Shown here one piece after another: positions 47,600-61,480 of a DNA stretch of 64,000 nucleotides. Source of the stretch: Balanoglossus misakiensis (taxonomy: Eukaryota > Animalia > Hemichordata); contig CM082598.2 in NCBI GenBank assembly GCA_040954595.2, positions 7,207,097-7,271,096 of the forward strand. The letters run 5' to 3'. The stretch's first letter is position 1; the number at the start of each line of letters is the position of its first letter. Below the pieces are notes generated by a model that saw nothing but the letters and a program-made list of their open reading frames with translations, was not told where the DNA came from and did no database searches. Position numbers and translations under genes: made by a program.

Positions 47600-50500
47600 A
47601 CAAAATTTGATATCAAACTGATCAGTGTCCAACAAAAAACCAGACTTCTAAGCTCTATTGGTTAACTTGAAATAGCTTATGTACATAATTATTGTGTTAA
47701 AGTTTAATACTTCATTAGGTGTTCCAGTCCACCAAATTTGAAGGCTGTATCTGCTGTACATTCCAAGGCATGGGATAGTAGATCAAAGGTCATTGCCAAA
47801 ATTATCAAGAGATTTGGGATATGTCCTGGCAGCAGTAGTACTCATGTGAACAAAATCATGACAGCTGTGCTTTTTAACAAGAGGCATATCCACATAAAAT
47901 AAGTTCTGGAATTACTGGATCAAAGGACATGCGAGAGTCGCAAACAAATTGTTTAATCGAGTTCTGTAAAAACTTGATTAAGGATATGTGAAAGTAGTCT
48001 AATAATTGTGATATATTCTGGTCACATGGTGACTCGTATCCATAAAAAGAATGTGTGGTTTCAATAAGTAGGCTAGAAATAGGAAATTTTAGTCTTTTAT
48101 CGGAGATCAGAAAATCCAATTTGGCTCCAATAAGGTTTAATTAATCACAATTCACTTGAAAACTTCATTAGAAATAGATTTTTGAAAATTTTTTATGATA
48201 TTTTCCAAAAATCCAATTATGCATCCAAAGCCACATGACCACTACTGATACTATTATTGTCAAACATTGAACCGCACAGTAAATTAGAACTTGATTGGCC
48301 CAGTATTTTTTGAAAAAAATGTCACCTTTTAAAGGTTATCCGAAAATCCAATATGGCCACCATGAAGAAGACAATTAAAACTAAAAGCAGCATTGGAGGG
48401 ACCAAAGTGGTTAGCATGGTTCGAACAGAAAGCAAAGGCTGTATCTGTTATGGATGCTGAGAAATGGTAAGTAAGCGAGAGGTCACGCAAATTTGGGCCA
48501 ACAAATTTCGATATCAAACTGAGCTGTGTCCAACAGAAAACAGACTTCTCAGCTCTATTGGTTAACTTGAAATAGCTTATGTACATAATTATTGTGTTAA
48601 AATTTAATTCTTCATTAGGTGTTCCAGTCCACCAAATTTGAAGGCTGTATCTGCTGTACATGCCAAGGCATGGGATAATATATCAAAGGTCATTGCCAAA
48701 ATTATCAAAATATGTGGGTTATGTCCTGTCAGCAGTAGTACTCATGTGAACAAAATCATGACTGTTGTGCTTTTTAACAAGAGGCATATCCAAATTAAAT
48801 AAGTTCTCGAATTACTGGATCAAAGGACATGCGAGAGTCGCAAACAAGTTGTTTAATCAAGTTTTGTAAAAATTTGATCAAAGAACATCTGAAAGTAGTC
48901 TAATAACTTTGATATATTCTGGTCCTATGGTGACTCATATCCATAAAAAGAATTTGTGTGGTTTCAACGAGCACGCTAGAAATAGAAAATTTTAGACTTT
49001 TATCACAGATCAGAAAATCCAATTTGGCTCCAATAAGGTTTACCCAATCACAATTTACTTGAAAACTTGATTACAAATAGTTTTGTTGATTTTTTTTATG
49101 ATATTTTTCAAAAATCCAAAGCCACATGACCACTGACGATATTATTGTCAAACATTGAACCGCACAGTCAATTAGAACTTGATTGGCCCTGTAGTTTTTG
49201 AAAAAAATGTCACCTTTTAAAGGTTATCCGAAAATCCAATATGGCCGCCATGAACAAGACAATTAAAACTCAACGCAGCATTGGAGGGACCAACGTGGTT
49301 AGCATGGTTCCAACAGAAAGCAAAGGCTGTATCTGTTATTGATGCTGAGAAATGGTAAGTAAGCCAGAGATCACGCAAATTTGTGCTAACAAATTTTGAT
49401 ATCAAACTGAGCTGTGTCCAACAGAAAACAGACTTCTAAGCTCTATTGGTTAACTTGAAATAGCTTATGTACATAATTATTGTGTTAAAGTTTAATACTT
49501 CATTAGGTGTTCCAGTCCACCAAATTTGAAGGCTGTATCTGCTGTACATTCCAAGGCATGGGATAGTAGATCAAAGGTCATTGCCAAAATTATCAACAGA
49601 TTTGGGATATGTCCTGGCAGCAGTAGTACTCATGTGAACAAAATCATGACAGCTGTGCTTTTTAACAAGAGGCATATCCACATAAAATAAGTTCTGGAAT
49701 TACTGGATCAAAGGACATGCGAGAGTCGCAAACAAATTGTTTAATCGAGTTCTGTAAAAACTTGATTAAGGATATGTGAAAGTAGTCTAATAATTGTGAT
49801 ATATTCTGGTCACATGGTGACTCGTATCCATAAAAAGAATGTGTGGTTTCAATAAGTAGGCTAGAAATAGGAAATTTTAGTCTTTTATCGGAGATCAGAA
49901 AATCCAATTTGGCTCCAATAAGGTTTAATTAATCACAATTCACTTGAAAACTTCATTAGAAATAGATTTTTGAAAATTTTTTATGATATTTTCCAAAAAT
50001 CCAATTATGCATCCAAAGCCACATGACCACTACTGATACTATTATTGTCAAACATTGAACCGCACAGTAAATTAGAACTTGATTGGCCCAGTATTTTTTG
50101 AAAAAAATGTCACCTTTTAAAGGTTATCCGAAAATCCAATATGGCCACCATGAAGAAGACAATTAAAACTAAAAGCAGCATTGGAGGGACCAAAGTGGTT
50201 AGCATGGTTCGAACAGAAAGCAAAGGCTGTATCTGTTATGGATGCTGAGAAATGGTAAGTAAGCGAGAGGTCACGCAAATTTGGGCCAACAAATTTCGAT
50301 ATCAAACTGAGCTGTGTCCAACAGAAAACAGACTTCTCAGCTCTATTGGTTAACTTGAAATAGCTTATGTACATAATTATTGTGTTAAAATTTAATTCTT
50401 CATTAGGTGTTCCAGTCCACCAAATTTGAAGGCTGTATCTGCTGTACATGCCAAGGCATGGGATAATATATCAAAGGTCATTGCCAAAATTATCAAAATA

Positions 50501-51300
50501 TGTGGGTTATGTCCTGTCAGCAGTAGTACTCATGTGAACAAAATCATGACTGTTGTGCTTTTTAACAAGAGGCATATCCAAATTAAATAAGTTCTCGAAT
50601 TACTGGATCAAAGGACATGCGAGAGTCGCAAACAAGTTGTTTAATCAAGTTTTGTAAAAATTTGATCAAAGAACATCTGAAAGTAGTCTAATAACTTTGA
50701 TATATTCTGGTCCTATGGTGACTCATATCCATAAAAAGAATTTGTGTGGTTTCAACGAGCACGCTAGAAATAGAAAATTTTAGACTTTTATCACAGATCA
50801 GAAAATCCAATTTGGCTCCAATAAGGTTTACCCAATCACAATTTACTTGAAAACTTGATTATAAATAGATTTTTTGATTTTTTTTATGATATTTTTCAAA
50901 AATCCAAAGCCACATGACCACTGACGATATTATTGTCAAACATTGAACCGCACAGTCAATTAGAACTTGATTGGCCCTGTAGTTTTTGAAAAAAATGTCA
51001 CCTTTTAAAGGTTATCCGAAAATCCAATATGGCCGCCATGAACAAGACAATTAAAACTCAACGCAGCATTGGAGGGACCAACGTGGTTAGCATGGTTCCA
51101 ACAGAAAGCAAAGGCTGTATCTGTTATTGATGCTGAGAAATGGTAAGTAAGCCAGAGGTCACGCAAATTTGTGCTAACAAATTTTGATATCAAACTGAGC
51201 TGTGTCCAACAGAAAACAGACTTCTAAGCTCTATTGGTTAACTTGAAATAGCTTATGTACATAATTATTGTGTTAAAATTTAATTCTTCATTAGGTGTTC
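47600..51300. repeat. Near-perfect 1788-bp tandem duplication (dimer of ~900 + ~888 bp units); boundaries approximate
   Basis: Identical ORF-track peptides at 47874/49662, 48329/50117 and 49217/51005, all offset by 1788. Confidence 0.9.
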
Positions 51301-54300
51301 CAGTCCACCAAATTTGAAGGCTGTATCTGCTGTACATGCCAAGGCATGGGATAATATATCAAAGGTCATTGCCCAAATTATCAAAATATGTGGGTTATGT
51401 CCTGTCAGCAGTAGTACTCATGTGAACAAAATCATGACTGTTGTGCTTTTTAACAAGAGGCATATCCAAATTAAATAAGTTCTCGAATTACTGGATCAAA
51501 GGACATGCGAGAGTCGCAAACAAATTGTTTAATCAAGTTTTGTAAAATCTTGATCAAAGAACATATGAAAGTAGTCTAATAATTGTGATATATTCTGGTC
51601 ATATGGTGACTCGTATCCATAAAAAGGATTTTGTGTGGTTTCAATGAGCACGCTAGAAATAGGAAATTTTAGTCTTTTATCGGAGATCAGAAAATCCAAT
51701 TTGGCTCCAATAAGGTTTATCCAATCACAATTTACTTGAAAACTTGATTAGAAATAGATTTTTGAAATTTTTTTATGATATTTTTCAAAAATCCAAAGCC
51801 ACATGACCACTAATGATATTATTGTCAAACATTGAACTGCACAGTCAATTAGAAGACCAAATTTGAAGGCTGTATCTGCTGTACATGCCAAGGCATGGGA
51901 TAGTAGATCAAAGGTCATTGCCAAAATTATCAAAAGATTAGGGTTATGTCCTGGCAGCAGTAGTACTCATGTGAACAAAATCATGACAGTTGAGCTTTTT
52001 AACAAGATGCATATCTATGTATAATTTACTTCTTATAAAATAATGTAAAGGACACCGTGGTGCCCTTTGGGGATTACACAGAAATTAGGTATTCGCCAGA
52101 ATTAAATTCAGGGGCGACATTGGCAAGCATATATGGCATTACTATTTAAATACTATGGAAACATAAAAAAATTAATTATGCCAAATAAAGTGTTATGTGC
52201 CACAGCAATCTTACAAGCTACACTAAAAAAACAACAACTGATTTTTGTCCAAAAACTTTCTGTAAAAATACATGCGAGTATGACAAATTAATTAGTCCAA
52301 TCAGACAGAGGCATTCACTGACCTACCACCAGTTTATAATAAAATTATATAAAAATGCAAGATTCACAGAAGATTACTTCTTTCAGTTTTACAGGAGATC
52401 ATCTAAACTTGTAAAAAAAATCTCTCTATTTTTTGCATGGCACCATGGTAAAATATGAAAATTTGCAATGATTGATGTTCCGTGTCTAAATCATGTTTGA
52501 TCTAATTTTCACGAAATTTTCAGATTATATTACAATATATGTGCAGATACAGATAGTGACTTATGTTTTTGATATGTGGATTATAATTTAATTCCCAGGC
52601 GCTCAAATATGGTAAACCTAGCATTTTACCATTGCAAATGGGCGGCCATATTGGCTGACATTTCATTAGATGGCAATATTTGTTTATACACTGCAATTTG
52701 CTGAAAATCAGTTCAATCACTGTAGTAAGTGGAAATATTTAAATTATTGTGTATTTTAGCAATCATAAAGCTGATATTACTACCAAAAAATTTTTATACA
52801 GTTACTTCTGGACAGCAAAAATTGCCATCATTCAAGTCAAAGTCTCCGATCGGCCCTTTTGCTTGCCTGTGTCGAGCAGATATCAAAAGTGGAGAAAGTT
52901 GGATTGTTTAATTTCTACATGTTATTTGTACTATCCTTGTAGACTATTAACATTAACAAGAATTTCATATTAAATTTTGGTATGATATGCATGGAAAGAC
53001 TGGCTGGCTGTAAATCATGAACATGGACGCCGTTGCACCATACAGTTTTTACTGCATACACACGTATTTTACGCAAACTGTGTCTTTCATGTATTCCACT
53101 TTTCTCCCTTCCTTGCAGGCTTTCTCTATTTGTTTTCTGACTGTGTCTTTATGAAATTACTGATTTTTTTTATTTTATTTTATTTTATTTTATATTTTTT
53201 TTTGGGGGGGGGGGGGGGGGGTAATTCAATTTCTGGCTCAAAAAATTGTACTAGAGCTGGTAAGGTTTCCTGAACATTAATCCCTGTATCTTTAACGCAG
53301 GTGTGCAAGTTCATATAAAGTTCATTGGTTAAAGGAATATTATGAGCTGATAAATTTACTAAGCTCTTCTTTCCAGTTAGAAGCTCTGCTATATTATCAA
53401 CTACTCTCAATGCTACTTCAATAATGTTGCCTGTGCAAATTAACAATCAAAGTATCCATTAGTTAGACAACATATTTGGTTGGGTAATTACAGAATAATT
53501 ACTTTAATTCCATGCATACCCTTCCTAAACTCAAATTAGAATATATAACTGAAATTATAATTATACACAGGTCTATAAAATGCTAAGAAAATGTAAAATC
53601 TAGGAAAGAACACCCATGGGCATTCAGCTCTTAGCAGATAACATCAATCACTTTGAAGACATGTCACTTCCCAGACTTTACTAAAAAAACTTCCAACTCT
53701 GAAGTGAAACGCATCTCCAAGTTGCATACACAATATTATAATATACTGTTAGAGATTTATAATGGTTTAAGTGAAAAAAATAAAGAGATGTAAATACCCC
53801 TGATATTTATTCAGTGCCATGTAATGCTGCCATTATGCACTGATTGACTCTAGCCACTTTCCCAGTAGGAGGAAAAAGACCATATGCCGACTTCAGCATA
53901 AAAATCTCGGTTTACTCTGGCTAATTATATTGGAGTTCTTATCAGTGTTTCGGGACGCTTAGATGATAACCGTTGTAATGGACAACACCAATATATGACG
54001 TTAACAAGCGGGAAGAAACAAAAGTTACTCAGTTTTTGGCATTTTATGTTTATTTGCAAGATCGAGAAATTAAAATATGACAAGTTTAGAAATCAATCAG
54101 ATTATACAGCATGTCCCACTTTGAATGGCGGCCATATTGGATTCTGAACTCCCTAGTAATATAAACATAAAGTGTACTTAGTGAGTCTCAGTATAGGGTA
54201 ATCAACACAATCAGACAAAACTTGGGTTACCCATTGGAATATTCCTATCAAATTTCAAAGCAATCCCATATGCAGTTTCAGAAAAATCAGTATTTTATCC

Positions 54301-54329
54301 AAAATTGTATAATATCTTACTTCAATCGC

Positions 54330-54730
54330 TTCAGGGAACATGCCTACCAAAGCGCAAGGCAATCTGACATGCAGTTTGAAAGAAAATAATTTTTGATGAA
54401 AAATTCCACAACTTTCACACACAAAACGCAAATACGTAAATTTCAAGTATTTTTTTTTTAAACATCTTATTTAATTATCCCCAAGGAACAAGCCTACCAA
54501 ATTTGAAAGCAATCTCACAAGCGGTTTTAGAGAAAACAATTTTTGACCAAAAATGGCAAAAATTGCTACAAAATTATAAATATGCACATTTTTCAGCAAC
54601 CAGGTTTTCATCAACTGGGACCACACATACAAAAGTATGCTTCAAAGCAACACGACTCTTGGAGAAAAAATGCTTGTCACCCTGGTCAAAAAATTGGCTT
54701 TACCAAAACATCAAATCGGTTATCTCTCAA
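54330..54730. repeat. Short array of a further interspersed repeat family (second patch at ~57890-58400)
   Basis: AACATGCCTACCAAA..AAAGCAATCTGACAAGCGGTTT..AGAAAAC.ATTTTTGACCAAAAA-type units are present in both patches. Confidence 0.7.
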
Positions 54731-56290
54731 AGTTAAAAGGGTTACCACCAAACAGATTACAATGCCTGAGTTAAAATGTTTCAGACATTTTCTTTATTCG
54801 TGGTTTTGGTTTTATCGGTTTTCCCAATAAAAATTAGGATAATTTTTTAAGTATGCCAACGGAGAGGTGGAAATCTCACCAGAAAAGCGAAAATACGCCA
54901 ACCACATGTAAACAGTGAAAAGGTTACGAAAAAACAAACAGAAAAGCGAACATACACCAACCACGTTTAAACCATAAAATTAAAAAAAAACTTGCAAACA
55001 CCGAGGTGTCTCATATAAAAACCTCACAGAACGTAAGGAATTATGTATGGAAAGATACCTTGGTCTTCCGACCTTCCGCTAAACAAAGACTATACGTATG
55101 GAACTATCGCTCCGTCCACCAGCAAAGAGACTTTCCGGAGAAAAACCTTCTCTACCCGTACCTTATGTCGCCACACAGACGTGCCATTTTGGCACAACCG
55201 TTCGACAGTATGGTCGACTATTTTGACACTAAAAATTCTGCAGCGCTGCCATTATTTCAATATCACAAACCGGCCCTACGTGCGCTTAGGCAAGAGCCCT
55301 AGCAATAACATTCTCACAAAATATAACCCTATAAATATGACTAGACTTTCTCGATTATGACTTCCTGGTCTCCTTATTCACTTATTCGGGAGCCAGCGCA
55401 GCCATACCCAGAATAGCCGAGAGGCATGGCTAGCTGCACGCCCGTAGCTCGGATTTTATTTTCTGGAATAAGACCTACTTCTGTTCAACTACAAGGTGTT
55501 GTACGGATAGCTGCAAATCACCCAATACCAGACAAAACAATCGGGCGACAGTAACGTAGCTATATAGGCGATTTTACTGAAAGCAATGACTGAATTATGA
55601 GCCTACCGAAAAGACGTCTTGATCCCGCGGCAAGTAGAAGGAAAGTGGTCGAAACCCGGCGTCGCACACCGGAAACGGGTCAATGATCACCTGTTGTTAT
55701 GGTGAGTAGGACCTGTTACCCAATCACAGACCAAAGTTAGCATTACGACACACTAATGAATATGCATACATGCTACAGCTGCATATTTTATTTCTTTAGA
55801 ACGCTCTGGAACATGATCGCAATCGAAAGAATATCTCATTTGCTTCTTGAGTGTGAGTGCATCATTGTCTACACAATAAAAATCGGGGGGGGGGGGCACA
55901 GTGGGTAATTTCTACCACAGCCACGCATTTCAAATCAAGCAAGCGAACTGCAAACTTCCGATGTCTGAGCAACGGGTTTGATGTGCCTTGTGTTGTGAAC
56001 ACTTATTCGACTTCGAGGAAACAGAGCTATAATACTTCCTAATGTGTTTCTCTTTCTGTGTCATTTTGGTCAGTCAGACCACGATACCCGAGATCGTAAA
56101 CTGCTTGGGTTAGGTCGCTTAGGAGGCTGCAACTGCGGCCACAGGTCAAGTCGGTGTGTGTCGTAAACAAACATGGTAAATGCGTCCCGCACAGCAACAC
56201 GCTCGCTCTACCGTACTTTCGATTGTTTCCATGTCAGTTTCACGTTGGCTCGTTATAATGTCCCTATGCTTATCGTAATCTCGGGATCGT

Positions 56291-56805
56291 AATTATTATT
56301 TTATTATTATTATGATTATTATTTATCTTTATTTCAGACACAACCGTCCATAGAAATAGGTTACAAAAACTGACAAAAACACTAGAAAAGTAATAAATAA
56401 AATAAATGTAAAAAATATAATAGTTTTAAGAATCAATGTAAAATGTCAATCCAGTGGGCATGTAGTCCATAAAAGCGCATATCTCATGAGACAAGACGAT
56501 TGATCAAAACATTGGGACTAGTACAGAGACGAACAGAAAAATTAAAAACGACTTTTCTTCTCATGACGGAGAAGCAGTTTACGGCGTTTAGAACAAATAT
56601 TTTAGAGGCACTTTCGTGTCCGGGTGACCAAGAAGTCTTCGAAGTGAATTATTGTGACATACGATGATATTCCGGATATTATACGAATTAAAATCGCACC
56701 ATAAATGAGAGTCATAACTGTTATTACAAAAAGCATTAAATAAACGCAATTTCACATCGACAGAACACGAATTGAACTTTCTCAGGAGAAAATTAGGCCT
56801 AGCCC
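56291..56805 (-). pseudogene. 5'-truncated RTE-X-like non-LTR retrotransposon: ORF2 C-terminus, 3' UTR and (AAT)n tail
   Basis: Minus-strand 56803-56433 reads ARPNFLLRKFNSCSVDVKLRLFNAFCNNSYDSHLWCDF..VCHNNSLRRLLGHP/HESASKIFV..RRKVVFNFSVRLCTSPNVLI..W, with one frameshift (~56620) and a stop (56484-56486). It ends ATGGAC..GTCTGAAATAAA plus an (AAT)n tail. Confidence 0.8.
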
Positions 56806-59800
56806 TTCCACACGTTATGTATTCGTGTTATGATAGTCCTACTGATCTGACAACACGCTCGCTTTTATTGTGGCCTTTTGTCCCGTTCGCCAGCACTGTG
56901 TATAGGCCTGCGTTTTCCGTTAACAGACTATCCCGTTCGCCAACTTTACTGAACTGCAAATTGAAGAATCGGTTTGCAGCTAGGCCGAAACGGCCGGGGT
57001 CGCGTACATTAAAGGCCGAACCGATAAGAATAAGTGCCGTAACGACTTGCTACCGAGTGGGACGGCTACGAGCCAAGAGCATATTGCAGCTAAGTGTGGC
57101 AGGGCCGGTGGTGTGTCTTACGAGCGATGTCTCCACACACTGTACTGCTCTGTTTGATAAGAGTGTCCAAGCTTCGGACCACGGTCATGTTCGGACTTAT
57201 GTCTTAACTTTGCTTTGTAGACACATTACCAAAGTACAACCCACCCATGTTTGCAGAGAAATTAGATGAAGTCACATGGCGGAGTTCTCATCCTATCGGG
57301 ATGCGTTTATCTCGGAATCGGCTGCTTTTCCATCGTCGAGTTTGATTTCATGTCCGATTCATAGTCGAGTTATATGATGATCCCTGATTGATATATATTT
57401 TTTTCGGGCGCGCGGGGGGGGGGGGGTTCATGGGATTGATAATTCGAGGCAGGAGAAGAAATATGTCGACAGCGCAAATTGCCATTTTCTCGCTTTGTTT
57501 CGTCGATTTTGACAACTTCAAAACAATTAAACTTCGCTCTGCATTGGTCGAGTGGTCCTAAATTTTACCCATCTAACAAAACGACTTTGTGGTCGATAAA
57601 GTGCTCCCAGCTGGAATAAACGTCAATTCAATTCATCATGAATTTGATCCAATTTTCTAAAAAGCTAACTTGCGGGCGCTGTTACTTCTCAATGTAAGCA
57701 GGTAACGTAACACAAACTGGTCGTTTTTTCATACTTGTGCTATATTAAAGTAGGATGCGTGGCCAACCTTTGGACTTAATTTTTTGTTATTGACCTAATA
57801 CCACACGAGCTGATATGACCTACTAGTAATTTCAAAACTGTCCCAAAACTGCCAAACTCAAATATTCAAACATCACCAAAATTGTACTATATCTTACATC
57901 AATCAGTATAAGGAACATGCTTACCGAAGTTCAAAGCAATCTAACAAGTGGTTTCAAGGACAAAAACTTCTGACTAAAAATTGCAACAGTTAGGCCCTAC
58001 CTCAAGAACATAAATATGCACATTTCAGCAAAATTTTAAGACAACTCACAATTGCTTAACCCTGAAAACATGCCTACCAATTTTCAAAGCAATCTGACAA
58101 GCGGTTTCCGAGAAAACGATTTTTGACCAAAAAATGCAAAATTTGGCCGATAATTACAAATACGCAAACTTAGCAACAATTTGAAAAAAAAACAAAGATC
58201 ACCTATAAGAAGCTTTATACTGAATTTTTTTTAGAGAAACTAATCACTTTCATAGAAGATGTGGAAAAAATGACAAAAGTCATAAAAAGTAGAAAATTCA
58301 CGATATAAGGTCAAAACTTATAGAACTCTGTGATGTTGGCAGAAGATATATGCATACCAATTTTCAAAGAAATCTGACCAGTAGTTTCCAGCTAATGAGT
58401 ACGAGAACAGACAAAAACAGAGAACAGAACAGCCAAAGTGAGAGAACAGAATAGCCAAAACTATCACCAGCGCTTAACTCCACATCTGAAAGCAAACCAT
58501 TTGTTGGAGCAATATTCAGGTCCTAAGAAAACTCAAACTTCAATCAGACCGAACATACTGGTCATCACAATTGCCTTCTGATTGGAATCTGTGCTGGAAA
58601 AGCAACAACAAATACTGATCCTCACCTGAAATGAAAGAGACAGACAAAAGCACTCATTTTATCAGAATATTTATTTTAAGTATGCAAAAATCCTTACATG
58701 ATATCTCTGTCTATTTATTTATCATGATAGAAAAATGGTGGAATAAAAATATCAAAGATATTCCTTCCTAACGCTGCATATAATATTTACATACTCTGGC
58801 AGTCTTGTAAGTACAATGAAATGTTAGTCAAAAGCTCTTCTTAAGAACCGAGTAATTCTCAGTACAAAAAGCAATATGTGGAAAATACCAACTTAGCATC
58901 TTATGCAAAATCAACAAAATTGAGGAATGGTGTCCCCCCTCCCCTTCAGCACTATACATGATTCAACAGCCTCAGAGGGTCATTCTTCACACACACATAA
59001 AATGAATGGCTGATTACATGAAATATTTTCGAAAGTCAATAAGTGGTCACGAAAGGCTCTTGTTTTTGTTAAAATAAAAAAAATGTTATGTGAATATGGA
59101 TATTAAAACATGTGATTTTAATCGTTTCGCAACTATGGTCACTTCCTTATAACAGGCTATATTTCTTCACATGCATCTAATAGTTTGATTCTAACATACT
59201 TGTCACGGGTGTCGCTGTTCACCACAAACACACCAAAATGGTTTAAAGGTTTCACAAGACATAGGCCTATAACATTTCTTAACTGAAATTGAAGAGGGAT
59301 ATCATCAGTTCATACATGTGGCCGGTCTGGCTACATAGGTGAACTGCTAAATTACACACATGTATGGGAGTTCACCTACAACAGAATACACCAAAATTCA
59401 TGCAAGTGAAAAATACAGTAGTACATTTGAAGACTTGACGCAAGTTCAGACACCAATTACTTGTGCTGAAATGAGCCAGTAGAATGCACCAATATAAAAA
59501 GCTTCAAGCTACAGGTAAAGTACAAGGAAAACTAACCTGAAATTGAACAGAGACATCTTCAGTTCATACGTGTGGCCGGTCTGGATACAGACATGAACTG
59601 ACTAAGTATATGCATGGGGTCCTTTTATATCAGCAATCTACACTATGGTGGCGCATTAGCTTGAGTTCATTAGTCAAATGAAACATCCTGGTGGTTTGCA
59701 TATAATTGAGATCAACAAATAGAATGTAAGTTCTATCATTACTAGAAAGGTGTTCACATGAATAAATGATTAAATGATGACTGCAAAGAATACAGGTGTT

Positions 59801-60896
59801 ACATTCATACAGATATTACATATATATTCAAGTGAACAAATGGTTCGGTCCAAAACCATTGTTTCCGGTGGGAAAATTGGATGTCTACACAGGGAATTGG
59901 GTGAAAGGTGAGAGTGCTAAGAAAATAGGCTGATGGTAATTTTCCATTTTTATCTAAATTGTATACATGTGTGGGCTTAATCTTTCCCAATAATGCTGAC
60001 ACAGAAAAAGTTAATTGTTTTACCAAACTTTCCTTGAGAGTCGAATGAAGGCACTTGATATTAGCACAGAGACTGATTTTTTCCACACACCACTTTTCTC
60101 TTTTCATAGAGCTCCATTCAAATTTTGTACACAACAATGTAATGACATTGTCACTACCCAAGCCTAAACTTTCAAATTACAATGTGACATTTCAAAACAC
60201 TGTTAGACTCCCCAATGAAACATTATCTCTGGATCAGCATCCCTTCAAATTAGTGATAGCCCTGGGGTGAGTTTCGTTAATTTTGTTATAATGGTGTTAT
60301 TTAATTGTTTGGCTGTAACAGAAATTACTACATGGAAGTATAAACATGTTTTTTCCACACATATGCTGTAGGTTCAGCTTCAATTCAATTTTCATCAATC
60401 AGATCATAAGAAATTATTCAACAACAACAAAATGAACATCAAGAGCTGGTGACTTTGTGGCTTTCACATGGTAAATATAAACGTGTGAACATTGCCCCAT
60501 GCTAGAGTGTGATATTAACACGTCTCATACAACCTACAATTCTCTGTATAAAACGAAACACATTCATTATAGCTGGCTTAGTTGGTCCACAGGTAATCTG
60601 TAACCAGATAGGCTGACCTGAGCAATCCATGTTTTTGCAAGTGTTGTATTTTCACTGTTATAGTGAGACTTCTTTGATGTAATGTTCCACTGAACACAAG
60701 AGTATCAGAATTGGACAGATAAATGACCAATAACACAAAGTCTGTGATTGGGTAATACAAATGATAAGTACACAACTGGAAGATCTGTCACTCAAAGTTT
60801 TGTCTATTGCTCTCTTCCCTGAGGGAGCGATAGAGAGCAACTTTAGAGATACGTTCTCCAATTTACAGATCAGGAATAATTGAAATATTAGTCTAG

Positions 60897-61280
60897 TATA
60901 TAGCTGTATTTTGTCAGCTTTGCTTCCAAAAACTATGCATGCAACTGCCCCAATAAAGCATGATACCCCTTGCTGGGAATTGTGATGTAATTAGCATTAC
61001 TTTGAAGTCAATCATAGACTGTTTTTCCAATGATTGTTTTCCAATGATTGGTCAAAGGATACATAGGTGTGATTGAGGATGGGTACCATTTTGAATTGAA
61101 ATAAGCCTAGCCTTCACTGTAACTTTACACACAATCGCCATTGATCAGTTTATGTGTGTGACTTCAAGGGGGATGCTAGTTACATCACAATTCCCAGCAA
61201 GGGCTATCAGGCTTTATCGGGTTAGTGGCATGCATGACTCTAGATGTTAGTTTTGGAAGCAGAAAAAAAATGGCTATATA
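60897..61280. mobile_element. MITE-like element with long imperfect TIRs (~100 bp)
   Basis: GCTTCCAAAAACTA / TAGTTTTGGAAGC and CCTTGCTGGGAATTGTGATGTAA / TTACATCACAATTCCCAGCAAGG inverted pairs; TATATAGC / GCTATATA ends. Confidence 0.75.
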
Positions 61281-61480
61281 CTGTCAAACAGGAAATTTTC
61301 GCAACAGGAAATTTTCGCAATATCAAAAACTGTTATGCAACGATTAATTTTCACATTCTCGAATTTCAATTCATCATTATTTCCGAAAAATATTTTTATG
61401 TGAATTTTTAGTTTTCAGGTTTTTGGGCTCTTACATGATTCGTGCAAATTTATTGCTTGTGAAAATTTCCCGCTTTACAG
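61281..61480. mobile_element. 200-bp MITE with TA TSD (Tc1/mariner-like)
   Basis: TA|CTGTCAAACAGGAAATTTTC ... GAAAATTTCCCGCTTTACAG|TA. Confidence 0.8.

Larger units (their letters stand above)
34685..52030. repeat. Long-unit tandem array related to the HINE-like interior (~0.9-kb units distally), interrupted by piggyBac, Kolobok-type and other insertions
   Basis: AAATCCAATATGGCYRCCATG-type anchor near 39585, 40232, 43891, 44800, 47472, 48344, 49232, 50132 and 51020. Shares AAGGTCATTGCCAAAAT and CTATTGGTTA motifs with 33308-34676. Confidence 0.9.
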
